Assembly: GCA_963702005.1 (NCBI GenBank)
Contig: OY969696.1
Coordinates: 4,032,001-4,096,000 of the forward strand
DNA from: Candidatus Aminicenantes bacterium
GTDB taxonomy: Bacteria; Acidobacteriota; Aminicenantia; Aminicenantales; JAFGBC01
DNA length: 64,000 nt
Direction: 5' to 3'
Under the pieces are notes generated by a model. That model worked only from the letters and a program-made list of their open reading frames with translations. It had not been told where the DNA came from and did not search any database. Both the position numbers and the translations under genes were made by a program. Below are positions 32,123-42,841 of this stretch, in pieces (position 1 is the first letter of the stretch; every line of letters starts with the position of its first letter).

Positions 32123-34702
32123 ATGAAGTCTAGATATCTGTCCGGACTCGTCGCCTTTTCCCTACTTTATATGGCGTTGGCGTCCCTGCCTTCTGTCTTG
32201 GCAGAGACAAAGGCGGCCTCAGCGACGGGACTCCAGCACGCCGGGGCGGCGGCCGACGCGGGCCTTCTCATCAGGGCCAAGCGGATCTATACGGCGACCC
32301 AGGGCATCATCAATGAGGGCATGATCCTCATCGAAAACGGAAAGATCGCCCGGATCGGGACGAAGATCCCCGTCCCGGGCAAGCCACGGGAGATCCTTGC
32401 CGAAGTCGTCATCCCCGGTCTGATCGACATCCACACCCACCTTGGCGTCTACAGCGTCCCCAATATTCAGGAGAACGAGGACGGGAACGAGATGACCAAT
32501 CCCGTCACGCCCCAGGTCCGCGCCATCGACTCCTTCAACTTTGAAGATCCGGCTCTCAAGATTGGCCGGGCCGGCGGCGTTACGACGATCATCTCCCGGC
32601 CCGGGAGCGGGAACGTCATCGGCGGCACGAGCGTCGCCGTCAAGCTCAAGTCCGGCCCGCCCGAGGCGATGGTCCTCAGGGAGGACTGCGACCTCAAGAT
32701 GGCTATCGAGGGAAATCCGGTCGGGGTTTACGGCGAGCGAAAGCAGATGCCCTCGACGCTGATGGCCGTCTATCATCTCGCCCGTAAGGCCTTCCTCGAG
32801 GCCCAGGCCTACCAAAAAAGCTGGGAGGATTACGAGAAGGACAAAAAGGCCGGCAAAGATCCCGCTCCCCCCAAGCGGGACCTCGGTAAAGACAACCTGG
32901 TCAGGGCTCTCAAACGCGAGATCCCGGTCCACATCCACTGCGCCACGGCGTCCGAAATCGTTAGCTGCATCCGGCTCGCGGACGAGTTCAAGCTCCGCCT
33001 CAGCCTGGGCCACTGCTACTGGGCTTATCTCATCGTCGATGAGCTGGCCGCCCGCAAGGACGTCTTCTTCAACGTCGGGCCGCCCATGCTCTTCAGCTAC
33101 TTCGACGATCCGAGCCAATTCATGAACTGCGCGGCCATCCTGGCCGAGGCCGGCCTCAAGGTCTCGCTCCAGACCGACGCCCTGGGCGGCGCTCAGCAAA
33201 ACCTGCGCGAGCTGGCCGCCCTCTGCGTCCGCTACGGCATGAAGGAAGAGGATGCCCTCAAGTCCGTCACGATCTGGGAAGCCGAAGCGGTCGGGCTGGA
33301 CGACCGGATCGGAAGCCTCGAGCCCGGCAAGGACGCCGATCTCGTCCTGCTCGACGGCGATCCCTTCGAGCTCCTGACGGCAGTCGACAAAGTCCTCATC
33401 GACGGTGTTGTCGAATACGAGAATCCCGCGCTCGCCCCGCGGGCCGCCGTCGCCCTCCCCGAGCCCCGGGGCGGGCTGGCGCTCCCAGCCGGATTCGAGG
33501 GCGCCGCCGCTTTCGCCATTAAAGCCGGAACCGTCTTCACCATGGCCGGAGTACCCATCCGTAACGGGGTCGTCCTGGTCAAGGGCGGAAAGATCGAAAA
33601 GGTCGGAGAGGAGCTGGACGTCCCCGCAGGCTATGCCGTCATCGACGCCCCCGGCTATGTCGTCATGCCCGGCTTCGTTTCGCCGCGCTCAACGCTCGGC
33701 ATCTCCTCGAACTGGAGGAGGCAGAGCTCGGTCGACGAGGCGTCGAATCCGATTACGCCCGAGCTCGAAGTTAAGTATGCCCTCGAGCCCCAGGCGCCCC
33801 TCTTCAACTTCTCCCGTCAGCTCGGGATCACGACCGCCCTGGTGACGCCCGGAAACCGGAACGTCATCGGCGGACAGGGCGTCGCCATAAGAACCGACGG
33901 CGCCGTCGTCGATAAGATGATCGTCAAGGACAGAGCCGTCATGGTCTTCGGGTTCGGCCCCCAGGCTAAGCGTGCCAATGCGATGCCCTCGACCCGCATG
34001 GGCCTGGCCGCCCTGCTCAGGGAAACGCTGGTCAAGGCCCGGGAGCACCTGGCCTCGATCGAGCGCTGGGAGAAGGACAAGAAGGGAGCGCGCCCGAGCG
34101 ACCTGTCCCTGGAAGCCCTGATCCCGGTCCTCAAGCGTGAGATGCCGGTCCTCGTCCACGCCGAGCGCGAAGACGACATCCGAACCGCGCTCAGGATCGC
34201 CGACGAGTTCGAGCTCCGCATTATCCTCGACGGCGCGACCGACGCCTGGAAGCTCGCCGCCGAGATCAAGAAACGCGACATCCCCGTCATCCTCGAAGAC
34301 GTCTTCCGCGGCATCGGCAATATCGAGGACGCAGGATTCAACCCCCGCAATCCGGCCCTCCTGGCCGAGGCCGGGATCCTTGTCGCCTTCAAGCCCGAGA
34401 CCGGCTCCTGGCTGGTTCCCGGCCCGGGCGAATCGGGCGGAGACCCGCTCGAAATCGCCGCCTTCGCCGTTCGGAACGGTATGAGCGAAGAGGCCGCGCT
34501 GCGGGCGATCACGATCGACGCCGCCCGGATCGTCGGCGTCGACGCCACGACCGGGAGCCTCGAGCCCGGCAAGGATGCGGATCTCGTCATCCTGCGCGGC
34601 TATCCCCTGTCGACCAAGGCCGTTCCCGAAGCCGTGTTCAGCGACGGGAAGCTCGTGTTCAAGAATGAACCGGGACGGCATCTCAAGACGAAGGGCCGTT
34701 GA
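32123..34702 (+). CDS. Secreted tandem two-domain amidohydrolase
   Basis: Domain 1 PGLIDIHTH; domain 2 PGFVSPRST; each ends GSLEPGKDADLV. Confidence 0.9.
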   Translation: MKSRYLSGLVAFSLLYMALASLPSVLAETKAASATGLQHAGAAADAGLLIRAKRIYTATQGIINEGMILIENGKIARIGTKIPVPGKPREILAEVVIPGLIDIHTHLGVYSVPNIQENEDGNEMTNPVTPQVRAIDSFNFEDPALKIGRAGGVTTIISRPGSGNVIGGTSVAVKLKSGPPEAMVLREDCDLKMAIEGNPVGVYGERKQMPSTLMAVYHLARKAFLEAQAYQKSWEDYEKDKKAGKDPAPPKRDLGKDNLVRALKREIPVHIHCATASEIVSCIRLADEFKLRLSLGHCYWAYLIVDELAARKDVFFNVGPPMLFSYFDDPSQFMNCAAILAEAGLKVSLQTDALGGAQQNLRELAALCVRYGMKEEDALKSVTIWEAEAVGLDDRIGSLEPGKDADLVLLDGDPFELLTAVDKVLIDGVVEYENPALAPRAAVALPEPRGGLALPAGFEGAAAFAIKAGTVFTMAGVPIRNGVVLVKGGKIEKVGEELDVPAGYAVIDAPGYVVMPGFVSPRSTLGISSNWRRQSSVDEASNPITPELEVKYALEPQAPLFNFSRQLGITTALVTPGNRNVIGGQGVAIRTDGAVVDKMIVKDRAVMVFGFGPQAKRANAMPSTRMGLAALLRETLVKAREHLASIERWEKDKKGARPSDLSLEALIPVLKREMPVLVHAEREDDIRTALRIADEFELRIILDGATDAWKLAAEIKKRDIPVILEDVFRGIGNIEDAGFNPRNPALLAEAGILVAFKPETGSWLVPGPGESGGDPLEIAAFAVRNGMSEEAALRAITIDAARIVGVDATTGSLEPGKDADLVILRGYPLSTKAVPEAVFSDGKLVFKNEPGRHLKTKGR

Positions 34703-34712
34703 GGGAGTCGCC

Positions 34713-36014
34713 ATGGACACCATGCGCGCGGCACGAGCCGGGGCGATCCTGCTTCTCGCGGCCGGCCTGCTCGCCCCGGCGCTCCCTTCGGATCAGGCCG
34801 AGGAAGGAAAAACGTTGGCCCTGCGGGGCGGCCGGATCATGACCGTGACCCGGGGCATTCTCGAGGACGGCATCATCCTGATCCGGGAAGGGATCATCGC
34901 GGCCGTGGGGCCGGCCGTCACGATCCCCGCCGACGTCGAGGTCATCGACATCCCGGGTCTCGTCGTCTGTCCGGGATTCGTCGACGCCACCACGAACCTC
35001 GGGGCGGCGAACCCGGACTGGGCCGAGCGGGACGACGACGAAGCCACCTCTCCCTTGACGCCCCAGCTCAATATCCTGGACGGCTTCAACCCGGCGAATC
35101 GGTACATCCCGGCCGCCCGCCGGCTCGGCGTCGTCTACGCCCTCTGCGCGCCGGGGCGTGGAAATCTCCTGTCCGGGTCGAGCGCCCTCGTCCGCCTCAA
35201 AGGCGAAGAGGCGCGGTCCATGGCCCTCAAGACGCCCGCCGCCGTCCACGGGAGCTTGGGGGAAGGACCCAAACTCCGCTATGGCGCAAAGAACGTCTAT
35301 CCCTCGACGCGGATGGGCGAGGCCGCCCTCCTCCGTCAGACGTTGATCGAAGCGCAGGAATACGTCGCCGCCCGGGAAGCCTATGAGCGCAAGGCGGAAG
35401 CATGGACGGAGAAGGAGTCGCGGGGCGAGAAGCCCGAGGGCGACAAGCCCGAACCGATCGCTCCGAATGCGCAATGGGACGCTCTCATCCCCGTCCTCAA
35501 GGGCGAGCTGCCGCTGGTCGTCACCGCCAACCGGATGGACGACATCCTGACCGCCATCAGGATCGCCGACGAGTTCAAACTCCGGATCATCCTCAACGAA
35601 GGAGCCGACGCTCCCAAGGTCAAGGACAAGCTCGCCGTTCGAGGGATTCCGGTCCTCCTCAGGCCCAGGGCGGCCTACAAGCTTACGCCTGAAACGGAGG
35701 GGGCCGGCTTCGACGGGGCGCTCCAACTCGTCCGGGCCGGGATCCGGATCGCTTTTCAGACCGGCTCCGTCCAGAATCTGGGCGACCTCATCCCCCAGGC
35801 CCAGCAGGCGATCGCCCACGGCCTCCACGAGGACGACGCCCTGCGGGCCTTGACGCTGTGGCCGGCCGAGATCTTCGGCGTCGCGGACCGGATCGGGTCC
35901 ATCGTCAAGGGGAAAGCGGGAGACCTGGTCGTTTTCGACCGGAATCCGCTCCGGTCGCCGGCCCGCGTCAAATTCGTCATCATCGGCGGCGAGATCGTCG
36001 ATAAGGAGGACTGA
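34713..36014 (+). CDS. Secreted amidohydrolase-family protein with a degenerate metal site
   Basis: PGFVDATTN, YPSTRMG, GSIVKGKAGDLV; signal peptide. Confidence 0.88.
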   Translation: MDTMRAARAGAILLLAAGLLAPALPSDQAEEGKTLALRGGRIMTVTRGILEDGIILIREGIIAAVGPAVTIPADVEVIDIPGLVVCPGFVDATTNLGAANPDWAERDDDEATSPLTPQLNILDGFNPANRYIPAARRLGVVYALCAPGRGNLLSGSSALVRLKGEEARSMALKTPAAVHGSLGEGPKLRYGAKNVYPSTRMGEAALLRQTLIEAQEYVAAREAYERKAEAWTEKESRGEKPEGDKPEPIAPNAQWDALIPVLKGELPLVVTANRMDDILTAIRIADEFKLRIILNEGADAPKVKDKLAVRGIPVLLRPRAAYKLTPETEGAGFDGALQLVRAGIRIAFQTGSVQNLGDLIPQAQQAIAHGLHEDDALRALTLWPAEIFGVADRIGSIVKGKAGDLVVFDRNPLRSPARVKFVIIGGEIVDKED

Positions 36015-36015
36015 C

Positions 36016-36555
36016 ATGATGGATCGGCAAGCGTTGGAAGAGTTGTTCAAGGCGCGCGGCTACCGGGATTTCCGCTGGATCGATCCGAAGACGATCGTCG
36101 TCGGCCAGTGGGTCCGGATGAAGTGCCTGTTCGGATGCGGCGATTACGGAAAATGCGCGACGTGCCCCCCCGAAGTGCCTTCGGTCGAGGACTGCGAGCG
36201 CTTCTTTCGGGATTATACGACGGTCGCGGTCTTCCACTTCGAGAAGGCGGTCGTCAAGCCGGAGGACCGGCACGCCTGGACGAAGTCCATCAACGACAAG
36301 CTCCTCGACCTCGAACGGGAAGTCTTCCTGGCCGGCCATCGCAAGGCGTTCCTTCTCCCCATGGACAGCTGCGCGCTGTGCGAACCGTGCACGGGGAGGC
36401 GGGCGACCTGCAAGGAGCCGAAGAAGGCCCGGCCCACGCCCGACGCTCTGGCCATGGACGTTTATGCGACGGTCCGCTCGATCGGCTACCCGATCGAGGT
36501 CCTTTACGATTATAAGCAGGCCATGAACCGCTACGCGTTTCTGCTCATCGATTAA
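36016..36555 (+). CDS. DUF2284 predicted metal-binding protein
   Basis: WVRMKCLFGC...CPP, LEREVF, CALC..C...C, ARPTPDALAMDV. Confidence 0.85.
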   Translation: MMDRQALEELFKARGYRDFRWIDPKTIVVGQWVRMKCLFGCGDYGKCATCPPEVPSVEDCERFFRDYTTVAVFHFEKAVVKPEDRHAWTKSINDKLLDLEREVFLAGHRKAFLLPMDSCALCEPCTGRRATCKEPKKARPTPDALAMDVYATVRSIGYPIEVLYDYKQAMNRYAFLLID

Positions 36556-36717
36556 TGCCGTTGCCGGATCCTTATGCGAAACGCGCTTAGTACTTTGTCT
36601 GCGGGATGCCGTCGCTTTCATTAAAATAGCGCGACTTCGAGCAACCTAATGGCACCACAGCGCGTATAGACAGTAATGGATCTTAAGATAGATATTTTCG
36701 ATTCCGGGGAGGACTCT

Positions 36718-39700
36718 ATGAAATTTTTCGGGGCTCGCACTCTGAAACCGTATTCCGCGATTCTCCTTCTGCTGATTGGACTCTTAGGCTCGTTCCCGCT
36801 CCGGGCCCAGGATAAGCCCCTCTGGCTTCGCTATCCGGCGATATCTCCCGACGGACAAAATATCCTCTTTTGCTACCAGGGCGATATCTATAAGGTTTCC
36901 TCGTTGGGCGGTCAGGCCGTTCCCTTGACCATCGGCGAGGCCTACGACTTTGCGCCCATCTGGAGCCACGACGGCCGGTCCATCGCCTTCGCCTCCGACC
37001 GATACGGTCATTTCGATGTCTTCCTCATGCCGGCGGCCGGGGGGGAGGCCAAGCGCCTGACTTATCATTCAGCCGCGGATATCCCCAGCAGCTTCAGCTC
37101 CGACGATCAGCGCATACTCTTCACGTCGACGCGTCAGGATCTGGTGACGAACGCCCAGTTCCCGATGTCCGTATTTCCCGAGCTCTACAACGTATCCGTC
37201 AAAGGCGGAGAGGCGGCGCTCGTCTTGACCCAGCCGGCGATCTCGGCCACGGTCAACCCGGCCGGGGACAAGATTATCTATCATGACCAGAAAGGATACG
37301 AGAGCGACTGGCGCAAGCACCATACCTCCTCGGTGACCCGGGATATCTGGGTCTATGACCTCAAAGCAAAAAAGAACACCCGGCTCACGACTTTCAAGGG
37401 CGAGGACCGCAATCCCGTCTTCGACGCCAACGGCGACGATTTTTATTATCTGAGCGAGCAGAACGGCTCGTTCAACGTTTATAAAAGCTCCCTGAGCAAG
37501 CCGGCGGCGTCGACCGCCCTGACCGGCTTCAGCAAGAATCCCGTCCGGTTCCTAAGCCGCGCCAACTCCGGCGTTCTGTGTTTCGGATATGACGGGGAGA
37601 TCTACACCAAGTCCGGAAACGCGGCCCCGCGCAAGATCGACGTCCGTCTCGCGCAGGACGGCCGCGGGGTCTTGGAGAAAAGCGTGCCGGTCGGCGGCGG
37701 CATCACCCAAATGCGGCTGTCGCCCAACGGCAAGGAAATCGCCTATGTCTTCCGCGGCGAGATTTTCGTCGGCAGCGTCGAGGGCGGCGTCACCAAGCGC
37801 ATCACCAACACCCCTTGGCAGGAGCGGAGCGTGAGCTTCAGCCCCGACGGACGGACGCTCGTCTATGCTGCGGAAAGAGACAACAACTGGAACGTCTATA
37901 CGACCTCGATCACGCGGAAGGAAGAGCCTTATTTCTACGCCTCGACGGTCTTCAAGGAGGAGCCGCTGGTCGCCACGGCGGCCGAGGAATTCCAGCCGGA
38001 ATTCTCGCCGGACGGGAAGGAGGTTGCCTATCTGGAAAACCGGGTCGTTCTCAAGGTCATCAACCTGGCCTCGAAGGAGACCCGGACGATCTTACCGGCG
38101 GAACACAATTATTCCTATGCGGACGGCGACCAGAATTACCGCTGGAGCCCGGACGGGAAGTGGTTCCTGGTCCAGTTCGGATACGTCCGCCTGTTCACGG
38201 CCCAGGTCGGGCTGGTCTCGAGCGACGGTAAGGGCCGGGTCATCAACCTGACCAAGAGCGGCTTCGACAATATCGGGGCCCGCTGGGGGATGGACGGCAC
38301 GATGATGTATTGGGGATGCACGAGGGAAGGCGCGGCGAACCTGGACGGGTCCCCCCTGACCTATGACGTCTTCGGCATGTTCTTCACCCGGGACGCCTAT
38401 GACCGATTCCGGCTGTCCAAGCCCGATTATGACCTGTTGAAGGAGCAAGAAGATAAGGCGAAAGACGAGAAGGCCAAGGAGGACAAGGATAAATCCAAGG
38501 ACTCTAAAGCCAAAGAAGCGGCGGTCAAGAAAGAGGAGCCGAAGAAGGACATCGTCATCGAGTTCGACGGCCTGGATCAGCGCAAAGCCCGGTTCACCAT
38601 AAACTCCGCCGACATCGCCGATATGGCCCTGACCAAGACAGGCGATAAGCTCTTCTATCTGGCCAGCTTCGAGAAGGGCTATGATCTGTGGCTGACCGAG
38701 CTGCGCACGAAGGATACCAAGCTATTCGTCAAGCTGGGGGCTTCGAACGCGGCCATGGAACTCTCGGACGACGGCAAGGCCCTCTTCGTCCTAGCCGACG
38801 GCAAGGTCTCCAAGATCGATCCCGAAAGCGGCAAGATGGATTCCGTGGCCGTCGGGGGCGAAATGGCCCTCGACCAGACCGCCGAGAAGGCCTACATGTT
38901 CGATCACATGTGGCGGCAGATCAAGCAGAAATTCCTGGTCGCCGACTTGTACGGCGCGGACTGGGATTTCTATTACGCGGCTTACCGGAAGTTCCTCCCT
39001 TACATCGCCAACAACTACGACTATGCGGAGATGGTCAGCGAAATGCTGGGCGAGCTGAATGCCTCGCACACCGGCTGCTATTATTCCGGGGCGCGCACTC
39101 CGGCCTCCGACGCCACGGCCTCACTGGGCATTTTCAGGGACTATGACTATGCCGGTCCCGGCTTAAGAGTCGCGGAGATCCTGAGCGGCGGCCCGCTGGA
39201 TAAAGCGGCCCTCAAGATCAGGGCGGGACATATCATCGAAAAAATCGACGGCCAAGCTCTCGACGGCTCGTTCGATCATGCCCGGCTCCTGAACCGGAAA
39301 GCCGGACAGCTCACCCTGCTTTCCGTCTACGATCCGGCGGCGCAGCAGCGCTGGGACGAGGCCGTCAAGCCCGTTTCGCTGGGAGAGGAGAACGGCCTGT
39401 TGTACCGGCGCTGGGTCAAGGCCCGGCGCGCCGAAGTGGATCGCCTCTCCGGCGGCCGGATCGGCTACGTTCACGTCCGGAGCATGAACGATTCCAGTTT
39501 CCGGACGGTCATCGAGGAGGTCCTCGGCCTGTGCATCGATAAAGAGGCTCTGATCGTCGACACCCGGTTCAACGGCGGGGGAAGCCTCCACGACCAGCTC
39601 GCGGATTTCCTGAACGGAAAAAAAGTCTTCGACATCCTGCCCCGGGGACAGCTCGTCGGCTACGAACCGTACGGAAAATGGATCAAGCCCTCTATCGTCC

Positions 39701-40002
39701 TGATGGGCGAATGCAACTACTCGGATGCCCATCTTTTCCCGGTGGAATATAAGATCAAGGGCATCGGCAAGACGCTGGGCATGCCCGTGCCCGGCACCGG
39801 GACGTTCGTCTGGTGGGAAGCCCAGATCGATCCGACCCTGCGCTTCGGCATCCCCCAGGGCGGCTGGCGCACGCCGGAAGGGATTCTCTGCGAGAATAAT
39901 CAGCTCGAGCCCGACATCCTGGTCAAGAACGACCCGGACGTCCTCTCATTGGGCCGCGATCAGCAGATCGAAGCGGCGGTGAAGGAACTGTTGAAGAAGT
40001 AG
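36718..40002 (+). CDS. Tricorn protease homolog (S41 family)
   Basis: WLRYPAISPDG, PD40 repeats, GELNASH, PDZ, DTRFNGGG, NYSDAH. Confidence 0.93.
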   Translation: MKFFGARTLKPYSAILLLLIGLLGSFPLRAQDKPLWLRYPAISPDGQNILFCYQGDIYKVSSLGGQAVPLTIGEAYDFAPIWSHDGRSIAFASDRYGHFDVFLMPAAGGEAKRLTYHSAADIPSSFSSDDQRILFTSTRQDLVTNAQFPMSVFPELYNVSVKGGEAALVLTQPAISATVNPAGDKIIYHDQKGYESDWRKHHTSSVTRDIWVYDLKAKKNTRLTTFKGEDRNPVFDANGDDFYYLSEQNGSFNVYKSSLSKPAASTALTGFSKNPVRFLSRANSGVLCFGYDGEIYTKSGNAAPRKIDVRLAQDGRGVLEKSVPVGGGITQMRLSPNGKEIAYVFRGEIFVGSVEGGVTKRITNTPWQERSVSFSPDGRTLVYAAERDNNWNVYTTSITRKEEPYFYASTVFKEEPLVATAAEEFQPEFSPDGKEVAYLENRVVLKVINLASKETRTILPAEHNYSYADGDQNYRWSPDGKWFLVQFGYVRLFTAQVGLVSSDGKGRVINLTKSGFDNIGARWGMDGTMMYWGCTREGAANLDGSPLTYDVFGMFFTRDAYDRFRLSKPDYDLLKEQEDKAKDEKAKEDKDKSKDSKAKEAAVKKEEPKKDIVIEFDGLDQRKARFTINSADIADMALTKTGDKLFYLASFEKGYDLWLTELRTKDTKLFVKLGASNAAMELSDDGKALFVLADGKVSKIDPESGKMDSVAVGGEMALDQTAEKAYMFDHMWRQIKQKFLVADLYGADWDFYYAAYRKFLPYIANNYDYAEMVSEMLGELNASHTGCYYSGARTPASDATASLGIFRDYDYAGPGLRVAEILSGGPLDKAALKIRAGHIIEKIDGQALDGSFDHARLLNRKAGQLTLLSVYDPAAQQRWDEAVKPVSLGEENGLLYRRWVKARRAEVDRLSGGRIGYVHVRSMNDSSFRTVIEEVLGLCIDKEALIVDTRFNGGGSLHDQLADFLNGKKVFDILPRGQLVGYEPYGKWIKPSIVLMGECNYSDAHLFPVEYKIKGIGKTLGMPVPGTGTFVWWEAQIDPTLRFGIPQGGWRTPEGILCENNQLEPDILVKNDPDVLSLGRDQQIEAAVKELLKK

Positions 40003-40039
40003 CCGGCGGTCAGAACTAGAAACGGAAATCGCAAGCTGC

Positions 40040-40681
40040 CTATTCGACGACCCGGGCGACGACAACGCCGAGGGAGCCGGTCTCGACATTGCGGCGCGTC
40101 GTTTCCTCGAAACCGTTCTCCCGGATAAAAGCCCGCAGGCCGCCGCGCTCCAAAAAGTCCCGGCTGTTCCGGAAATGCTCGCCGCCTCCCAGGCGCTCGA
40201 TGATCCGAACCAGGAACGCCCCGGTTCTCGACTTCGCGTTCCAGGGATTTTCGAAATCGACGACGATGAGCCGCCCGCCCGGGGCCAGAACCCTCCGGAC
40301 TTCTCTCATTATTGCGCTCCGGACGCCGGGGCTCTTATCGTGGAGGCCGAATGAAACTGAAACCGCCCGGAACGCCCCATCCTTGAACGGTATTCGCGCG
40401 GCGTCCCCGCAGACGAAGGGAAGGCCGGGCGCCCGGGCCGCCGCGTAGCGGATCATCCCGGCGCTCCTGTCGAGCCCGATAGCCCGGCCCGGTCCTTCCC
40501 CGGACCTGATCCCTCGGAACTGGCTTCCTGTCCCGCAGCAGACATCGAGCCAGGGGTAGAGTCCCTCCGCCCCGACCGCCGCCGCGACCCGCCTCCGCAC
40601 CCCCCTCAGCATTCCGCCGAAGGCTAGGTCATAAAGCCTTCCCGGGAGGTGCCAAAAGCCTTGGCGACGCGAGGTCCGCAT
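40040..40681 (-). CDS. Class I SAM-dependent methyltransferase (UbiE-like)
   Basis: LDVCCGTG, GDAARIPF, SFGLHD, RVLAPGG. Confidence 0.85.
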   Translation of the reverse strand: MRTSRRQGFWHLPGRLYDLAFGGMLRGVRRRVAAAVGAEGLYPWLDVCCGTGSQFRGIRSGEGPGRAIGLDRSAGMIRYAAARAPGLPFVCGDAARIPFKDGAFRAVSVSFGLHDKSPGVRSAIMREVRRVLAPGGRLIVVDFENPWNAKSRTGAFLVRIIERLGGGEHFRNSRDFLERGGLRAFIRENGFEETTRRNVETGSLGVVVARVVE

Positions 40682-40939
40682 TTGACATATTGTAGTCGAG
40701 ATCCGCGCCCCCGACAAAAGGCTTTTCATGGGAATGAACTTACGGCTATGGTTTTTCCCTCAGAATATCAGCCCCAGGACGACCGCCCATTCTCTGGTTT
40801 GAAATTCATACTCTCGGAATTCTCCTTTTTATTGATTTTATGTCTCCGGAAAGGAAGAAAGCAATATCCGCTATCGCGTCCGGGATCGTCCGTCTTCCAA
40901 CCAAAAGGCGATCCGCACGATCCTCGGCTTTGAGCCGGA

Positions 40940-41046
40940 TTGACCCGTTCGCCGACGCTACCCCGCCCTGAAAGGCGGGGACGAGAAGTGAGGCTCAGGG
41001 TTAACCCCGAATAAGCCCCGGCATTCATGCCGGGGAGTCGAGGGGT
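40940..41046 (-). repeat. Modular palindromic element with two IS200/IS605-type hairpins (inverted copy of 50179-50283)
   Basis: ccccgccctgaaaggcgggg and ccccggcattcatgccgggg; its reverse complement aligns along the full length with 50179-50283. Confidence 0.9.
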
Positions 41047-41105
41047 GTACTCCTTGCTTCGGTTAGGGTATGAAAAAGAGGGAAGATGCCCGGTAAGGAG
41101 CTACT

Positions 41106-41417
41106 ATGAAGAAGCCATCGCCTAGCAAGACCGCCAAGGCGGAAACGGGAACGCCCCTAACCTCGCTCCCCAATATCGGAAAAATCACCGCCTCGGGTCT
41201 CGAGAAAATCGGGATCAGAACGGCGGAGCAATTCCTGGCCCGGGATCCCTATCTGGTCTTCGAGGAACTCCGCAAGAAAGTCGACCCCACGCTCTGCCGC
41301 TGCGCGCTGGCCGGAATCGTCGGGGCCAAGCGGGGCGTTCCCTGGCACACGATCACCAAGAGAACCGCCCGTGAATACGAGAAGCGCCATCCCCGGCATA
41401 GATGGGGGCCGTGCTGA
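41106..41417 (+). CDS. Helix-hairpin-helix protein (TfoX C-terminal/Cdd1-like)
   Basis: LTSLPNIGK...LEKIGI...RDP...CRC; RBS aaggag. Confidence 0.75.
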   Translation: MKKPSPSKTAKAETGTPLTSLPNIGKITASGLEKIGIRTAEQFLARDPYLVFEELRKKVDPTLCRCALAGIVGAKRGVPWHTITKRTAREYEKRHPRHRWGPC

Positions 41418-41477
41418 AACAGCTCACGGACTGATTTTTGCGGGACTTTATCCGTGCGGACTGTCCTCGCCGGCCGG

Positions 41478-42641
41478 CTATTTTCGGACGCCGGGCGCCG
41501 GGCCGTAGAATGTCGCGGGATTCGATGTGTAGACGGCTCCGATAAATACGCCCTCGTTGCCGCCGGCGAATTTATGCGGCTCGGGCGCGCCCTTAGGCAC
41601 GAGAACGAGCTGCTTGTCGGTCTTCCCGCCGAACGAGCGCTGGTTGTCGCCCGTCTTGAAGTAATAGGCATTGCGCAGGATGAAGGGCTTCCATTCGGGC
41701 AGGACTTCCGCTCCGACTCTGCAGGCGACGGGCCGGTCGGCCGCGAAGGCCGCCTGGAGTTCGATGCCGTTGAGGGGCACTCCGTCGAGCTCGCCGATCG
41801 CCCCGTACTGCCCGTCCGCCAGGACCCACTTGTGGAACTGCTCCAGCCAGACTTCCGCGACCGAATGGGCTTCGCTGCGGGTTTCGACGTCGCGCGGCAG
41901 AAGGTTGACCAGGCGGGCCGGCATTCCGTAAGCTTTGGCCACGCCGGCCATGACGATGGCATACTCCCGGCAAATGAAACGCCCGCCCTTCTGCGCCTCC
42001 CTCAGAATCGTGACGGGATCGGACTTGGAAGCCATCTGATTCGGACTGTGCTGCCAGCGGCTGCTGACCCACCGCGTCAGGCGGCACAGCCGCTCGTAAT
42101 CGTCTTTCGCTCCGGCCACGACGGCGTCGATCGCAAATTCGCGCCGCATGTCCTGCAGTTCCTTCGTTTCCGGCGAGTCGAACAGAACCTGGAACTCCGG
42201 CGGGCTCTGGCTGAGATCCCACTCGAGCGGGCGGGGGCCGTATTTGGCCTTGAGATCAGTGACCAAGAGCGTGAATTCGGGATCGCTCCGCAGGCACTCG
42301 AAGTCGGCGTCGCTCGCGAAACTGGCGGCGTCCGTGAAGCCGGCCGCGATGCAGTCCCGGACGGCGGCGACGGCCTGCGCCTTTTGTCCCGCGAGGGCAT
42401 GGACGCAGGCCTTATTGTAGAGCACTCCGGCCCGGACTTCCCGGTTGCCGAGGCGGTCGGCAAGCTCCAACTGGCGCTCGATGACGCGAAGGGCGCCCGC
42501 CCAGTCTTTCTGGCTGTATAAGCGGGCCAGCTCCCGGCTCGAATCCTGAAGCTCCTTCTCCACGGACGTCTGGGCCGACGCCGTGAGACACAGCAGCAAG
42601 GCCGTCAAACCCGCGCCAACGATTTTCTTGATTCGAATCAT
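41478..42641 (-). CDS. Secreted TPR plus transglutaminase-like domain protein
   Basis: LYNKACVHAL TPR; candidate triad ICREYA / AHSVAEVW / WVLADG. Confidence 0.85.
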   Translation of the reverse strand: MIRIKKIVGAGLTALLLCLTASAQTSVEKELQDSSRELARLYSQKDWAGALRVIERQLELADRLGNREVRAGVLYNKACVHALAGQKAQAVAAVRDCIAAGFTDAASFASDADFECLRSDPEFTLLVTDLKAKYGPRPLEWDLSQSPPEFQVLFDSPETKELQDMRREFAIDAVVAGAKDDYERLCRLTRWVSSRWQHSPNQMASKSDPVTILREAQKGGRFICREYAIVMAGVAKAYGMPARLVNLLPRDVETRSEAHSVAEVWLEQFHKWVLADGQYGAIGELDGVPLNGIELQAAFAADRPVACRVGAEVLPEWKPFILRNAYYFKTGDNQRSFGGKTDKQLVLVPKGAPEPHKFAGGNEGVFIGAVYTSNPATFYGPAPGVRK

Positions 42642-42841
42642 GGTCCCTCCCTATAAAAGACCTTCTAAAGCAAATACGCCCAGGACTTCCAGAAAGTTTA
42701 CGCTCTTTTTTAGAATAAGCGCCGGTGCCGGACGAACAAGCTCCTCCATCATTTTTTTCGATCAGGTAACGAATAGGCGGGGATTCATGTATTATCTTAT
42801 ACATGATCTCTTTTGAGCCGCTCGGGCATAAGGAGGCCGCT

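Noticed and set aside
40768-40830. RBS plus tiny ORF MNFKPENGRSSWG upstream of the methyltransferase
   Set aside because: Too short and lacking motif support; it may be a decayed gene start but cannot be called
40940-41046. IS605-type hairpins as part of a TnpB/IscB OMEGA locus
   Set aside because: No tnpB, iscB or tnpA ORF is adjacent, and the elements are only about 105 bp
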